IMG/VR virus record: IMGVR_UViG_3300022072_000008
Span: 1-63,709 of that record
Length of the DNA stretch: 63,709 nucleotides
Direction: 5' to 3' (one strand)
DNA from: a virus
Lineage: Duplodnaviria > Caudoviricetes
In this document: piece after piece, positions 35,992 to 45,015 of the stretch
Layout: each line of letters begins with the position of its first letter
Position numbering within the stretch: position 1 is the stretch's first letter
Program-made: the position numbers and the translations under genes
The notes under the pieces: generated by a model
The model's input: only the letters and a program-made list of their open reading frames with translations
What the model was told of the DNA's origin: nothing
The model's database searches: none

Positions 35992-36060
35992 TCCTCTGGT
36001 TGATGACACAATGCGCGACGAACGCTGTTTACGACGTAGGAGTAATCAGCGAATGTTCTA
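35992..36060 (-). repeat. Conserved structured leader, copy 2
   Basis: Same conserved blocks as 35173-35237. Confidence 0.7.
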
Positions 36061-36069
36061 AATGCGACA

Positions 36070-36347
36070 TTTGGGTCACAAGGTCACGAGTGTTTTGGAA
36101 ATTGGTGACCCAAACGTAAAAACTGGTTAAAAAGTAACCAATGTGTTTCACGACATTGTTTCACGGGGCGTGTTTTGGGTCATGAATGGGCATTTGGGTC
36201 ATGAATAAGCGATTTGGGTCATGAATGAAGATTTGTTAAGTCGTTGATTTATAAGGTAATGGTCATGAATGAAAAAGGGGAATCTCATTCATGACCATTC
36301 GGAAAGCGTTGCTATCAAAGGGCTAGAGAGAAATCGTGGTTATGAAT
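36070..36347. repeat. Iteron-like cluster with IHF site (candidate replication origin or packaging signal)
   Basis: TTTGGGTCATGAAT at 36174, 36193 and 36213. Perfect 15-bp inverted repeat at 36258-36272 / 36285-36299. TTTGGGTCAC inverted pair at 36070 / 36105. IHF consensus at 36237-36249 (minus). Confidence 0.7.
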
Positions 36348-36719
36348 ACACCCTTTTTTTAAGTTGACAATTGAGAGTGTTTTTACTGAAAGTGTATATG
36401 TGTAATACGCTAACTGGGGTACCTCTTGTAACCAAGAATTGCTGTAAGTAGCAACTATGTAGACAGGGCGTGGCTTGTAGAGGATTTTAACGCTTTTAGA
36501 GGGAGTTTATATTGTCCTTGATTTGTTAAGTAAATGTCTCAAATACGACACTTTTGGCCAGCGGCCCGCGCGCGGCGATCATCGGCATGTAACAACGGAC
36601 AACGAGCATTGTTCAACGTGCGACGTACAACGAGCAACGGACAACGTCCAACGGGCATCGCGCAGCGAACGTGGCGAGCAGAGCGAGGCACGATGCCTGC
36701 ATGCATGTGCACATGGTAT

Positions 36720-36759
36720 ACCGGGACATTAAAAAAGGGCCTTGCGGCCCTTTTGGTTA
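36720..36759 (-). terminator. Intrinsic terminator (GCAA loop), near-copy of 34272-34311
   Basis: Minus strand GGGCC-GCAA-GGCCC-TTTTTT right after the stop codon. Confidence 0.88.
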
Positions 36760-36933
36760 TTGTAGTGTGAATGGTGGTTCCTCTGTGGCGGGTTGTGGTT
36801 TAGGTGCGGTGTAGGCGTGTAGTTTCTCCTTGAGCGTAGTCTTGGGTTGATCGGGTGAGGTGGCAGTGTGTAGCTTCTCTTTGAAGTTGATGGTAGGTAG
36901 TGTGATGGTTATTGAGGGGATAGTGAATTTCAT
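36757..36933 (-). CDS. Small Pro/Thr-rich protein (58 aa; not in ORF track), probable first early gene
   Basis: AAGGA RBS; MKFTIPSITITLPTINFKEKLH...LKEKLH...; the stop codon runs into the terminator. Confidence 0.6.
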   Translation of the reverse strand: MKFTIPSITITLPTINFKEKLHTATSPDQPKTTLKEKLHAYTAPKPQPATEEPPFTLQ

Positions 36934-37312
36934 GGTTATAGTTCCTTGTTAGTGTGAGTAAGTTTATGGAATTGATAGATGAAGATTGGGATTGCGAGTA
37001 GGGCAAGTGTTAAGGTGATGGGTAAGAATATAAAGGTGATGATGAGACGAAGGTATAAAGGTTTAGAGTAAAGAGAGTAGAAGAAAAGCTGCATGGTAGT
37101 TCCTTAGAATAGTAAAAAGACATAGAGACAAGACGAACGGGGCGAGCGGAGCGAGAAACGGAAAACGTATAGGGGTCCCTGGAGGGAAAAAAGGAAAACA
37201 AGGTTCCAAATCCGGAATCGGGGAAGGGGGGTGGTGAATAGTAAAGTACCCAAACCCTGCCCATCGGCCATAGACCACCTAAAAAGGTAAATTAATTTTT
37301 TTTATATGTTAT

Positions 37313-37329
37313 TATAAGCACTGCTAATA
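37313..37329 (+). promoter_or_regulatory. Palindromic site at the start of the late operon
   Basis: TATAAGC-ACT-GCTAATA, overlapping an extended -10-like TGCTAATAT. Confidence 0.7.
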
Positions 37330-37344
37330 TTATATGGTCGTTGT

Positions 37345-37752
37345 GTGGAACCTATAGAGCGCAGAATACAGAAGAACCTCAGTCAGCAGCGACGCTATTA
37401 CAGCGCCACCGGCAGACCTAAACAGATGTTCAGTAGTGCTCGGAAAAGAGCGATTAAAAAATCGTTGGAGTTCACCTTAACCGTCGAGTGGTTGCTTGAC
37501 AGATTTGAAACACAAGACCACAGCTGCGCAATGACCGGTATAAGTTTTGTTTATGACAAAGACAAGCGATTCACAAGGCACCCATTTTCTCCAAGCCTTG
37601 ATCGCATTGATAACGACAAGGGCTACACGCCCGAGAATACGCGAGTGGTTTGTACGATGTACAACTACTGCAGAAATGTTGCTCGAGACGAAGACGTAGA
37701 GTATTTCGCTTGGCAGTTGTTTCAACATAAATTCGGCGTTAGACCGAAGTGA
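37345..37752 (+). CDS. HNH-like (His-Me finger) endonuclease
   Basis: Q...CAMTG...SPSLDRIDN.KGY...N.RVVC..YN; sits upstream of the terminase genes. Confidence 0.75.
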   Translation: MEPIERRIQKNLSQQRRYYSATGRPKQMFSSARKRAIKKSLEFTLTVEWLLDRFETQDHSCAMTGISFVYDKDKRFTRHPFSPSLDRIDNDKGYTPENTRVVCTMYNYCRNVARDEDVEYFAWQLFQHKFGVRPK

Positions 37753-37772
37753 TGCTTATAGGCCGTTAGAGT

Positions 37773-38285
37773 ATGGAAATTGCAGAAGATGCCTTTGAAG
37801 AAGGGCATAAAGTGCTGCCGAAGTTGACCAAACAGCAAGAGCAGTTTGTTAGGTACTACTTGCTAGGGTATTCAACCACTGAGGCAGGTAAACAGGCAGG
37901 GTATTCACAGGCTAATTCATCCAAGTTGGTGAACAACGCAGTGATACAACGCACGTTGACCTACTTCCGAGAGAAAGAGTTCGATCGCATTGCGGTCACT
38001 CGGGAAAGTATTACTAAATTATTTTTTGAGGCCCACAGAAAGAGTGGTAGCTCAACAGAAGAGGTCGCAGCACTTAGAGAGATTGCAAAAATGCATGGCC
38101 TCTACGAGCCACAAAAGATACAGACGATTAGCGTGAATATAAATTCCGAGCGGCACATAGAAGCCGCAACAGATGCAGATTTACTCAAGCTAGCAGGGCT
38201 GGGTGACACACACTTTAACCCTGATTCAACGATCGACGGTGTATTTGAAGAAGTGGAGGCTAGCAATGGAAAAGAGGGACACTAA
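37773..38285 (+). CDS. terS: Terminase small subunit
   Basis: LTKQQEQFV..Y...TEAGKQAGYS HTH; ALREIAKMHGLY. Confidence 0.85.
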   Translation: MEIAEDAFEEGHKVLPKLTKQQEQFVRYYLLGYSTTEAGKQAGYSQANSSKLVNNAVIQRTLTYFREKEFDRIAVTRESITKLFFEAHRKSGSSTEEVAALREIAKMHGLYEPQKIQTISVNINSERHIEAATDADLLKLAGLGDTHFNPDSTIDGVFEEVEASNGKEGH

Positions 38286-40065
38286 GAAGTGCTCTTTTTG
38301 CAACGAGGATAGACCACACACGTTGTTCGATGCCCATAGCGCGCCGACCGTTTGCTCAAAGTGTAAGAATTTCGGTGAGCGCCGTGCGTTTGAAGCAATT
38401 ATCGCTGACCCAAAGCGCCATAAGCAGTATTTGAAAGAGAAAGAAGAAGAGCAAAAAGCCCAACTCGCCCACAAAGGCAAGCTTTTGCACAACAAACGTT
38501 TGAGACAATCGGAACGAGACACGTTGGAAAAACAAGACTTGGGAAAACAGCCAGATTTTACAGACGAGAATGGTATTTTCGACCCTAAGATGGCTGCACA
38601 GGCAGAACTAGCGAAGCGTGAGCTGGCTCGGAGACACCTATTGCCCTTTGTACAGCGGTTCAACGACAACTACATACCAGGATGGGTGCATAAAGACATT
38701 TGTCTGCGCCTAGAAAAATTTTCAGCAGATGTTGACGCTAAAAAATCCCCCCGATTAATGCTATTTATGCCACCGCGCCACGGTAAGAGTGAATTAGCCT
38801 CTAAAACCTTCCCCGCATGGCACCTTGGGCGTTATCCAGACCACGAATTTATTGCGTGTTCCTACTCTGGCTCGTTGGCCATGGGATTCTCGCGCAAAGT
38901 ACGTGGCTTTTTGCGTGATCAGCAGTATCAGTCCTTGTTTGAAACCCGATTAGATCCCGAATCGCAGGGCGCTGAGCAGTGGCTAACGACCAAAGGTGGT
39001 GGTTATGTCGCAGCGGGCGTGGGCGGACCGATCACCGGTAAAGGCGCTCATATATTAGTAATTGATGATCCTGTAAAAAACCGTGAGCAAGCTGAATCTG
39101 AGACCGCTCGCCAAACGGCAAAGGATTGGTATACCTCAACGGCCTATACGCGTCTCGCGCCGGGCGGTGGCATCCTCGTTATCCTAACTCGTTGGCACGA
39201 TGACGACCTAGCAGGCTGGTTATTGGAGCAAGAGAAAGACGGCGGTGACTCCTGGGAAGTGATCAAGTACCCAGCCATCGCTGAGGAAGACGAGAAGTAC
39301 CGTAAGAAGCACGAACCGTTGCATCCAGCCCGTTATGGCTCTGAAGCATTGATGCGCATACAGAAGGCTGTAGGACCCCGTGATTGGTCCGCTTTGTATC
39401 AGCAAAACCCCGTGGCCGATGAAGGTGAATACTTCAAAATCGGAATGTTCCAATACTACAAAACCAACGCTCTAGAACATAAGAAGCTAAAAGTCTATTG
39501 CGCATGGGACCTTGCGATCGGTAAAGCAGATCGTAACGATTTCTCGGTGGGCGTTGTTGTTGGTGTAGACCAAGAAGACAAGATGTATGTCATGCACGTC
39601 GAGCGGGGCAAATGGGACGGTTACGAGTTAGTCGAGAAAATCCTCGATGTGTATGAGGAATATCAACCGTCGATCGTTGGCATCGAGCGGGGGCACATTG
39701 AGATGGCCCTTGGACCTTTTTTAAAGAAGCGGATCGCCGAGCGTGGTCTGTACGAAATGTATTTGATGGAACTGAAAACGGGGCGCAGAGATAAAGAAGC
39801 TCGAGCCCGTGCGATTCAGGGCCGTATGCAACAAGGTATGGTGTTTTTCCCCAAGTTCCAACTGTGGAATGCAGGATTAATGGCAGAGATGTTGCGATTC
39901 CCTAATGGTGTGCACGATGACCAAGTCGACAGTTTAGCTTGGATCGGATTAATGATGTCCGAGATGTCCACCGTTGTAGACCAAAGAATAATTGAAGAGT
40001 CTTGGAGAGATAAGCTCCCCGGTCTCATGGCCCCTAACCGCAGTAAATCAGCGATGAGTGCATAG
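38266..40065 (+). CDS. terL: Terminase large subunit
   Basis: MPPRHGKS, ITGKGA, VIDDP, TRW, YQQNP, AWDLA, HDDQVD; start ATG 38266 with GGAGG RBS. Confidence 0.95.
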   Translation: MEKRDTKKCSFCNEDRPHTLFDAHSAPTVCSKCKNFGERRAFEAIIADPKRHKQYLKEKEEEQKAQLAHKGKLLHNKRLRQSERDTLEKQDLGKQPDFTDENGIFDPKMAAQAELAKRELARRHLLPFVQRFNDNYIPGWVHKDICLRLEKFSADVDAKKSPRLMLFMPPRHGKSELASKTFPAWHLGRYPDHEFIACSYSGSLAMGFSRKVRGFLRDQQYQSLFETRLDPESQGAEQWLTTKGGGYVAAGVGGPITGKGAHILVIDDPVKNREQAESETARQTAKDWYTSTAYTRLAPGGGILVILTRWHDDDLAGWLLEQEKDGGDSWEVIKYPAIAEEDEKYRKKHEPLHPARYGSEALMRIQKAVGPRDWSALYQQNPVADEGEYFKIGMFQYYKTNALEHKKLKVYCAWDLAIGKADRNDFSVGVVVGVDQEDKMYVMHVERGKWDGYELVEKILDVYEEYQPSIVGIERGHIEMALGPFLKKRIAERGLYEMYLMELKTGRRDKEARARAIQGRMQQGMVFFPKFQLWNAGLMAEMLRFPNGVHDDQVDSLAWIGLMMSEMSTVVDQRIIEESWRDKLPGLMAPNRSKSAMSA

Positions 40066-40067
40066 CT

Positions 40068-42203
40068 ATGGCGTACAAGAAGTCAAAGAAGGTCGATCCT
40101 CTAGAAGAGACTAAGATCGTAGATAATAACTGGGCTCGCTATACGCGGGCTAGAGACGCGGGCCACACTGACTACATAAAGACAGCGATTAAGTGTGATC
40201 GTTATTATCGTGGTGAGCAGTGGGAACAAACAGACATTGACGCATTAGATTCAGAGGGTCGCCCACACCTGACCATCAATACCATTTTGAGCACCGTCAA
40301 CACCATACTGGGGGAGCAGTCCTCTAAACGTGCGGACGTATTGTTTAAGCCTCGACGTAACTCCTCAGATGAAGTCGCTGCGGTGCTCACCAAACTCTAC
40401 ATGCAGATCAGTGACAACAACCAATACGACTATTTAGAGAGTCAGGTGTTCGCTGACGGCATCATCCAAGATCGTGGTTACTTCGACATCCGTATGAATT
40501 TCGACGACCACATTGAGGGTGAGGTGCAGATCACAGCAGAAGACCCATTAGATATTCTGCCTGATCCAGATGCTAAAGATTACGACCCCACCACATGGAA
40601 CGAAGTCATAAAGACCAAGTGGCTAAGCGTCGATGACATTGAGCAACAGTATGGCCAAGAGAAAGCAGATCGCTTGCGTATTATTGCTGAAAACGGCGAG
40701 CACTTAGGCCGTGATTCAATGGACTTGGTGGAGATGCGCGATACGACATATGGTGATGTTGAGGAAGCCATCCTTAATGGTGGAAACATTGATGACAAGC
40801 ACAGTGTTCGTGCCATTCGGGTTGTTGAAAGGCAGCATAGAAAACTAACACTAACTCCACACTTTGTTGACCCTAAAACAAAGGACATGCGCATAGTTCC
40901 AGAATCCTGGGACGAAGAGCGCACTGAGATGTTTGCTAAAGAGTACGGCCTTGGCATGCTCAAAAAGCTAGTTAAGAAGGTACGTTGGACCATTACTGCG
41001 GACCAAGTCGTGTTGCACGATGATTGGTCACCGTACAAAGACTTTACGATCGTACCTTACTTCCCGTATTTCAGGCGTGGTAAACCGTTTGGTATGGTTC
41101 GTAACCTTCTCTCGCCTCAAGAGCAATTGAATAAGATCTCTTCACAAGAACTGCATATTGTGAACACGACTGCTAACAGTGGTTGGGTTGTTGAGACGGG
41201 CTCCTTAAATGGTATGACATCGGATGATCTCCAAGAACGTGGCGCTCAGACAGGTCTAGTATTGGAATACAACCGTGGGTCAGCTGCTCCAGCAAAGATC
41301 CAACCAAACCAGATCCCAACGGGTCTCGATCGCATTGGCCAAAAAGCAGCCAACAACATAAAAGAGATCTCGGGTGTATCTGACGCGATGCTTGGTCAGG
41401 ACAGTGCAGAGGTGTCAGGTGTTGCCATTCAGGCGAAGCAGAATCGTGGTCAGATTCAGATCCAGGTTCCTTTAGATAACCTCGCTCGGTCGCGAGTGTT
41501 TGTTGCTAAAAACATCATGTGCCTTATCCAATCGTTCTATACCGAAGAGCGCGTGATTCAGATTACTAACGACGATGACCCAATGAAACCTCGGGAAGAG
41601 TTGGTACTAAACCAAATGACCCCCGAAGGCGAAGTTGTTAATGACATGACGTTAGGTGAATACGACGTTGTTGTGTCTTCTATGCCAGCCCGTGACACGT
41701 TCGATGAGTCGCAGTTTGCAGAAGCATTGCAGCTACGCCAAGTAGGCATTGCCATTCCTGACGATGCCATTATTGAGTATTCACATCTGCAGCGTAAGGC
41801 TGAGCTTGCTAAGCGTATCCGCATGATTACAGGTGTTGAACAATCGCCAGAGCAGCAAGAAGCCGCTCAGATGCAACAGCAGATCCAGATGGAACAGGTG
41901 AAGTTAGAGATGCAAAAGCTCCAATCAGAAGCGGCTCATTTGCAAGCCCAAGCACAACTTGCTGCAGCAAAAGCAAACGATATAGATACGCAGCCTGAGA
42001 AGGAGATGGCTGAACTAGAAGCACGCATGGCTCTGAAGCGCCAAGAATTGGATGTGCGTATGCAACTGGCTGAGTTGTCCGCAACTCAAAAACAGCAAAC
42101 ATCAGAAACCCAAGCAACTACCAAGATTGCCGCAGAAGTAATGCGGCTTGGTGCCCAAGGGCAAAAGCCCGCTAACCCTGATGGAAATGTATTACCCAAG
42201 TAG
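40068..42203 (+). CDS. Portal protein (P22-like, with C-terminal helical barrel)
   Basis: YY.G.QW...GRP.LTIN, G.VR.L..PQ...NK, SG.AI..KQ; Q/A-rich coiled-coil C-terminus; follows terL. Confidence 0.88.
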   Translation: MAYKKSKKVDPLEETKIVDNNWARYTRARDAGHTDYIKTAIKCDRYYRGEQWEQTDIDALDSEGRPHLTINTILSTVNTILGEQSSKRADVLFKPRRNSSDEVAAVLTKLYMQISDNNQYDYLESQVFADGIIQDRGYFDIRMNFDDHIEGEVQITAEDPLDILPDPDAKDYDPTTWNEVIKTKWLSVDDIEQQYGQEKADRLRIIAENGEHLGRDSMDLVEMRDTTYGDVEEAILNGGNIDDKHSVRAIRVVERQHRKLTLTPHFVDPKTKDMRIVPESWDEERTEMFAKEYGLGMLKKLVKKVRWTITADQVVLHDDWSPYKDFTIVPYFPYFRRGKPFGMVRNLLSPQEQLNKISSQELHIVNTTANSGWVVETGSLNGMTSDDLQERGAQTGLVLEYNRGSAAPAKIQPNQIPTGLDRIGQKAANNIKEISGVSDAMLGQDSAEVSGVAIQAKQNRGQIQIQVPLDNLARSRVFVAKNIMCLIQSFYTEERVIQITNDDDPMKPREELVLNQMTPEGEVVNDMTLGEYDVVVSSMPARDTFDESQFAEALQLRQVGIAIPDDAIIEYSHLQRKAELAKRIRMITGVEQSPEQQEAAQMQQQIQMEQVKLEMQKLQSEAAHLQAQAQLAAAKANDIDTQPEKEMAELEARMALKRQELDVRMQLAELSATQKQQTSETQATTKIAAEVMRLGAQGQKPANPDGNVLPK

Positions 42204-42229
42204 TTTTATTTAAACCAACGGAGGCCCTA

Positions 42230-43279
42230 ATGCCTAAATCAAAAATAAGTGCCAATTTAGAGCACGATGACAGTATTGAAGATAATAACTTTGACGAGTT
42301 CGCAGGTGGAGATGGTCGCGAAGAATTTGACGCTAGTAGTTTAGATCGCGGCGATATTCCTGAAGAAGAAGTTGATCCAACAGATGCCGCTATCGCGCAT
42401 TTAGTTGAGGTCGCTGATGAAGCAGAAGCCGAAGAGGAAGCGCCCGAAGAGGAAGCCGAAGCAGCCGAGGGCGAAGAAGAAGTTGAATCTGAGCTAGAGG
42501 GTGACGAAGCTGGACTAGAAGGCGAGGAAGTCGAAGAAGAAGCAGAAGAAGTCGAAGAAGTAGCCGCTAAATCGGACGAGAAGTCGCACATGGTGCCCAA
42601 GTCGCGCATGGACGAAGAGATCGCTCGTAGACGGCAGCTTGAAGATCGCCTTGCTAAGCTTGAAGAACGTTCAAAACCTGAAGAAGCTCCAGAGCCAGAG
42701 TTTGATTTCGATGGTAAAGAAGCTGAATACATGGATGCAGTTCTCGATGGTGAGACGGATAAAGCACAAAAAGTGCGTAAAGAAATCCGCAGTGCAGAAC
42801 GAGATTCAATGGCTAAAGAATTGCGCAAGGACATTCACAACACAACGAATGTAACTAAGCAGCAGTTAGATCTTGATGTTGCCGTTTCTGACATGGTGAC
42901 TTCATACCCAGTGCTGGATTCCAATAGCGAACAAGCTGACGCAGATATGATCGCAGATGCTAATGAGCTCATGGGGATGTATGCAGAAAGAGGTATGGCA
43001 CAAGCTGACGCGCTGCGTAAAGCAGTTCGTATGACATTAGCGTCGAGCATGCCTGAGTTGTTACAGCCAAAAGCAGTTGAGTCAAAGCCGACAGCTAAAA
43101 AGCGCACAACGGATGTGAAGCAAAAGCTAGAAGCTGCTAATAAACAACCTGCAAAATTGGCTGGCGAAAGTGCGGCAACGCGCGGTAACGATGTCGTCGA
43201 CATTAGCACCATGACGGACGCTGACTTTGACAAACTATCTGATGCCCAAATGAAACGGTTACGTGGGGACTTTGGCTAA
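42230..43279 (+). CDS. Capsid scaffolding protein
   Basis: Very acidic, helical; VPKSR motif; lies between portal and capsid genes. Confidence 0.75.
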   Translation: MPKSKISANLEHDDSIEDNNFDEFAGGDGREEFDASSLDRGDIPEEEVDPTDAAIAHLVEVADEAEAEEEAPEEEAEAAEGEEEVESELEGDEAGLEGEEVEEEAEEVEEVAAKSDEKSHMVPKSRMDEEIARRRQLEDRLAKLEERSKPEEAPEPEFDFDGKEAEYMDAVLDGETDKAQKVRKEIRSAERDSMAKELRKDIHNTTNVTKQQLDLDVAVSDMVTSYPVLDSNSEQADADMIADANELMGMYAERGMAQADALRKAVRMTLASSMPELLQPKAVESKPTAKKRTTDVKQKLEAANKQPAKLAGESAATRGNDVVDISTMTDADFDKLSDAQMKRLRGDFG

Positions 43280-43533
43280 TGCGCGAGGAAATAGAAGCAG
43301 CGTTCGAATTGGAGTTCCCTGGACTTCTTTTCATGGATGGTCTCGACGATGCAATTATTGGGATGGCTGAAAGGGAGGCAGTCCCAGTAGTTGTGTATTC
43401 CACCATGAAAATACTGCAAAACCTCGTTGATCGGGGTATGGGTATGCATGAAGCTAGAGAGTTCATGGCATTTAATATTGAGGGGGCTTTTGTGGGAGAG
43501 CACACCCCCATTATAGTAGATGATGTCTTTTAA
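43279..43533 (+). CDS. Hypothetical phage protein
   Basis: DGLDDAIIG...VVY...M...EA.EF..FNI.GA.VGE.TPI pattern; TAATG overlap. Confidence 0.7.
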   Translation: MREEIEAAFELEFPGLLFMDGLDDAIIGMAEREAVPVVVYSTMKILQNLVDRGMGMHEAREFMAFNIEGAFVGEHTPIIVDDVF

Positions 43534-43569
43534 TAGATTATTGCGGGCGAATGATGTCTTTTAATAGAT
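43520..43569. repeat. 19-bp direct repeat ATGATGTCTTTTAATAGAT x2
   Basis: 43520-43538 and 43551-43569 (31-bp period). Confidence 0.85.
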
Positions 43570-43587
43570 CATCAATTTCCTTTAATT

Positions 43588-43604
43588 TATAAGCTGTGCT
43601 AATA
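43588..43604 (+). promoter_or_regulatory. Palindromic site
   Basis: TATAAGC-TGT-GCTAATA. Confidence 0.7.
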
Positions 43605-43613
43605 TAGGTACAC

Positions 43614-43797
43614 AGGCTCGTCTTACAGTACGACAACTGTTAAAGCCTCTTGAATCGAAGGCCGTACGACACACGGCAGCATTCGCCAGCTTAAAAAGGC
43701 CATGAGTTCGTCCCTCTAAAAAAGGTCGCTATTTCGTTCGGGCACGACACGTCCAACAGCATGCAGTGGTTGTCGCCCCTGCCTGATTAATGGCGAC
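43614..43797 (+). ncRNA. Candidate structured 5' leader of the capsid gene (hairpin array)
   Basis: Three hairpins with ACGACA(C) loops on different stems, two A-rich-loop hairpins and a GTCGCC/GGCGAC stem. Confidence 0.55.
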
Positions 43798-43801
43798 CGT
43801 T

Positions 43802-43818
43802 TATAAGCAATGCTTATA
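43802..43818. promoter_or_regulatory. Perfect palindromic site upstream of the capsid gene
   Basis: TATAAGC-AAT-GCTTATA. Confidence 0.75.
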
Positions 43819-43850
43819 TTTTATTTAATTTTTTTATAGGTGATTTTCTC

Positions 43851-44960
43851 ATGGCATTAACTAACTTTGCCGCTCTAACTTCAGAGCAAAAGACCGTATG
43901 GTCTCGCGACTTCTGGCACGCTGCCCGTAACGCATCCTTCATTAACCAATTCGCTGGTTCTGGCTCTAACGCCATGGTTCAGCGCATTACTGACTTAACT
44001 AAAAGTGAAAAGGGCGCACGCGCTGTTTTAACTTTGCTAGCTGACTTGTCTGGAGACGGTGTTGTAGGTGACTACACTCTAGAAGGCAACGAAGAAGCAC
44101 TTTCTAGTTCAGACATCACAGTTCGTATCGACCAGATGCGTAATGCAAACCGTTTGGCTGGCCGTTTAGCCGACCAAAAGTCTATCGTAAACTTCCGCGA
44201 AGCCTCTAAAGATTCATTGGCTTACTGGATGGCTGACCGTATGGACCAGATTGCATTCTTAACTTTGTCTGGTTTGGCATACACCAAGAAGAACAACGGT
44301 GGTGTTCGTACTGTAGCTGCTGCTGGTCAAAACTTGAGCAACCTTGAGTTTGCTGCTGACGTTTCTGCTCCTACTAGCGCACGTACATTAATTGCAAATG
44401 CTGACGGTACTGTTGGTACTGGCGATCTTGCTGCTACTGGAATCTTGGGATACAAGAACATTGTAAACCTAAAAGCTTATGCCAAAGATCACTACATGCG
44501 TGGTGTACGTGGCAAAGGTGGTGACGAAGGTTTCCATATGTTCGTTACCCCACAAGGCATGGCTCAGCTCAAGTTAGACGCTGATTTCCTAGCTAACGTT
44601 CGTAACGCAGGCAACCGTGGACCAGTTAACTCTTTGTTCTCAGGTTCTTCTTCCGTAATGGTAGACGGCGTAATGGTTCATGAGTTCCGTCATGTATATG
44701 ACACTTCTGGTGAAGCATCTGGATCTAAGTTTGGTTCCGGCGGTACGGTAGACGGACAACGTGTCTTGTTCTGTGGCGCACAAGCATTGGCAATGGCTGA
44801 CATTGGCGACGCTGACTGGGTTGAAGATACTTACGACTACGGAAACCAGCACGGTATCTCAATCGGTAAGATCTTAGGCTTCCGTAAGCCAAAGTACACC
44901 AGCATGGTAACTGGCGACACCCAAGACTTTGGTGTAATCACGCTAGACACTGCGCTTTAA
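43851..44960 (+). CDS. Major capsid protein (N4 gp56-like / DUF4043)
   Basis: L.GDGV.GD..LEGNEE.L...IDQ.R.A; LFCGAQALA.A; QDFGVI; follows the scaffold; own terminator. Confidence 0.9.
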   Translation: MALTNFAALTSEQKTVWSRDFWHAARNASFINQFAGSGSNAMVQRITDLTKSEKGARAVLTLLADLSGDGVVGDYTLEGNEEALSSSDITVRIDQMRNANRLAGRLADQKSIVNFREASKDSLAYWMADRMDQIAFLTLSGLAYTKKNNGGVRTVAAAGQNLSNLEFAADVSAPTSARTLIANADGTVGTGDLAATGILGYKNIVNLKAYAKDHYMRGVRGKGGDEGFHMFVTPQGMAQLKLDADFLANVRNAGNRGPVNSLFSGSSSVMVDGVMVHEFRHVYDTSGEASGSKFGSGGTVDGQRVLFCGAQALAMADIGDADWVEDTYDYGNQHGISIGKILGFRKPKYTSMVTGDTQDFGVITLDTAL

Positions 44961-44976
44961 ATAATTAGGGCCTCTT

Positions 44977-45003
44977 CCCCCGGCAGGACGCTGGGGGCTT
45001 TTT
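44977..45003 (+). terminator. Intrinsic terminator after the capsid gene
   Basis: CCCCCGGC-AGGAC-GCTGGGGG-CTTTTT. Confidence 0.75.
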
Positions 45004-45015
45004 GGAGTTTTATAT

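Noticed and set aside
36170-36300. CRISPR array
   Set aside because: Repeats are 14 bp with 5-6 bp gaps and mixed orientation. There is no cas operon; the Cas4-like gene is a stand-alone phage nuclease.
36523-37278. Track ORFs 36523, 36534, 36800, 37010 and 37063
   Set aside because: No RBS, low-complexity translations and overlap with repeats or the terminator; the 36757..36933 frame has an RBS and ends at the terminator.
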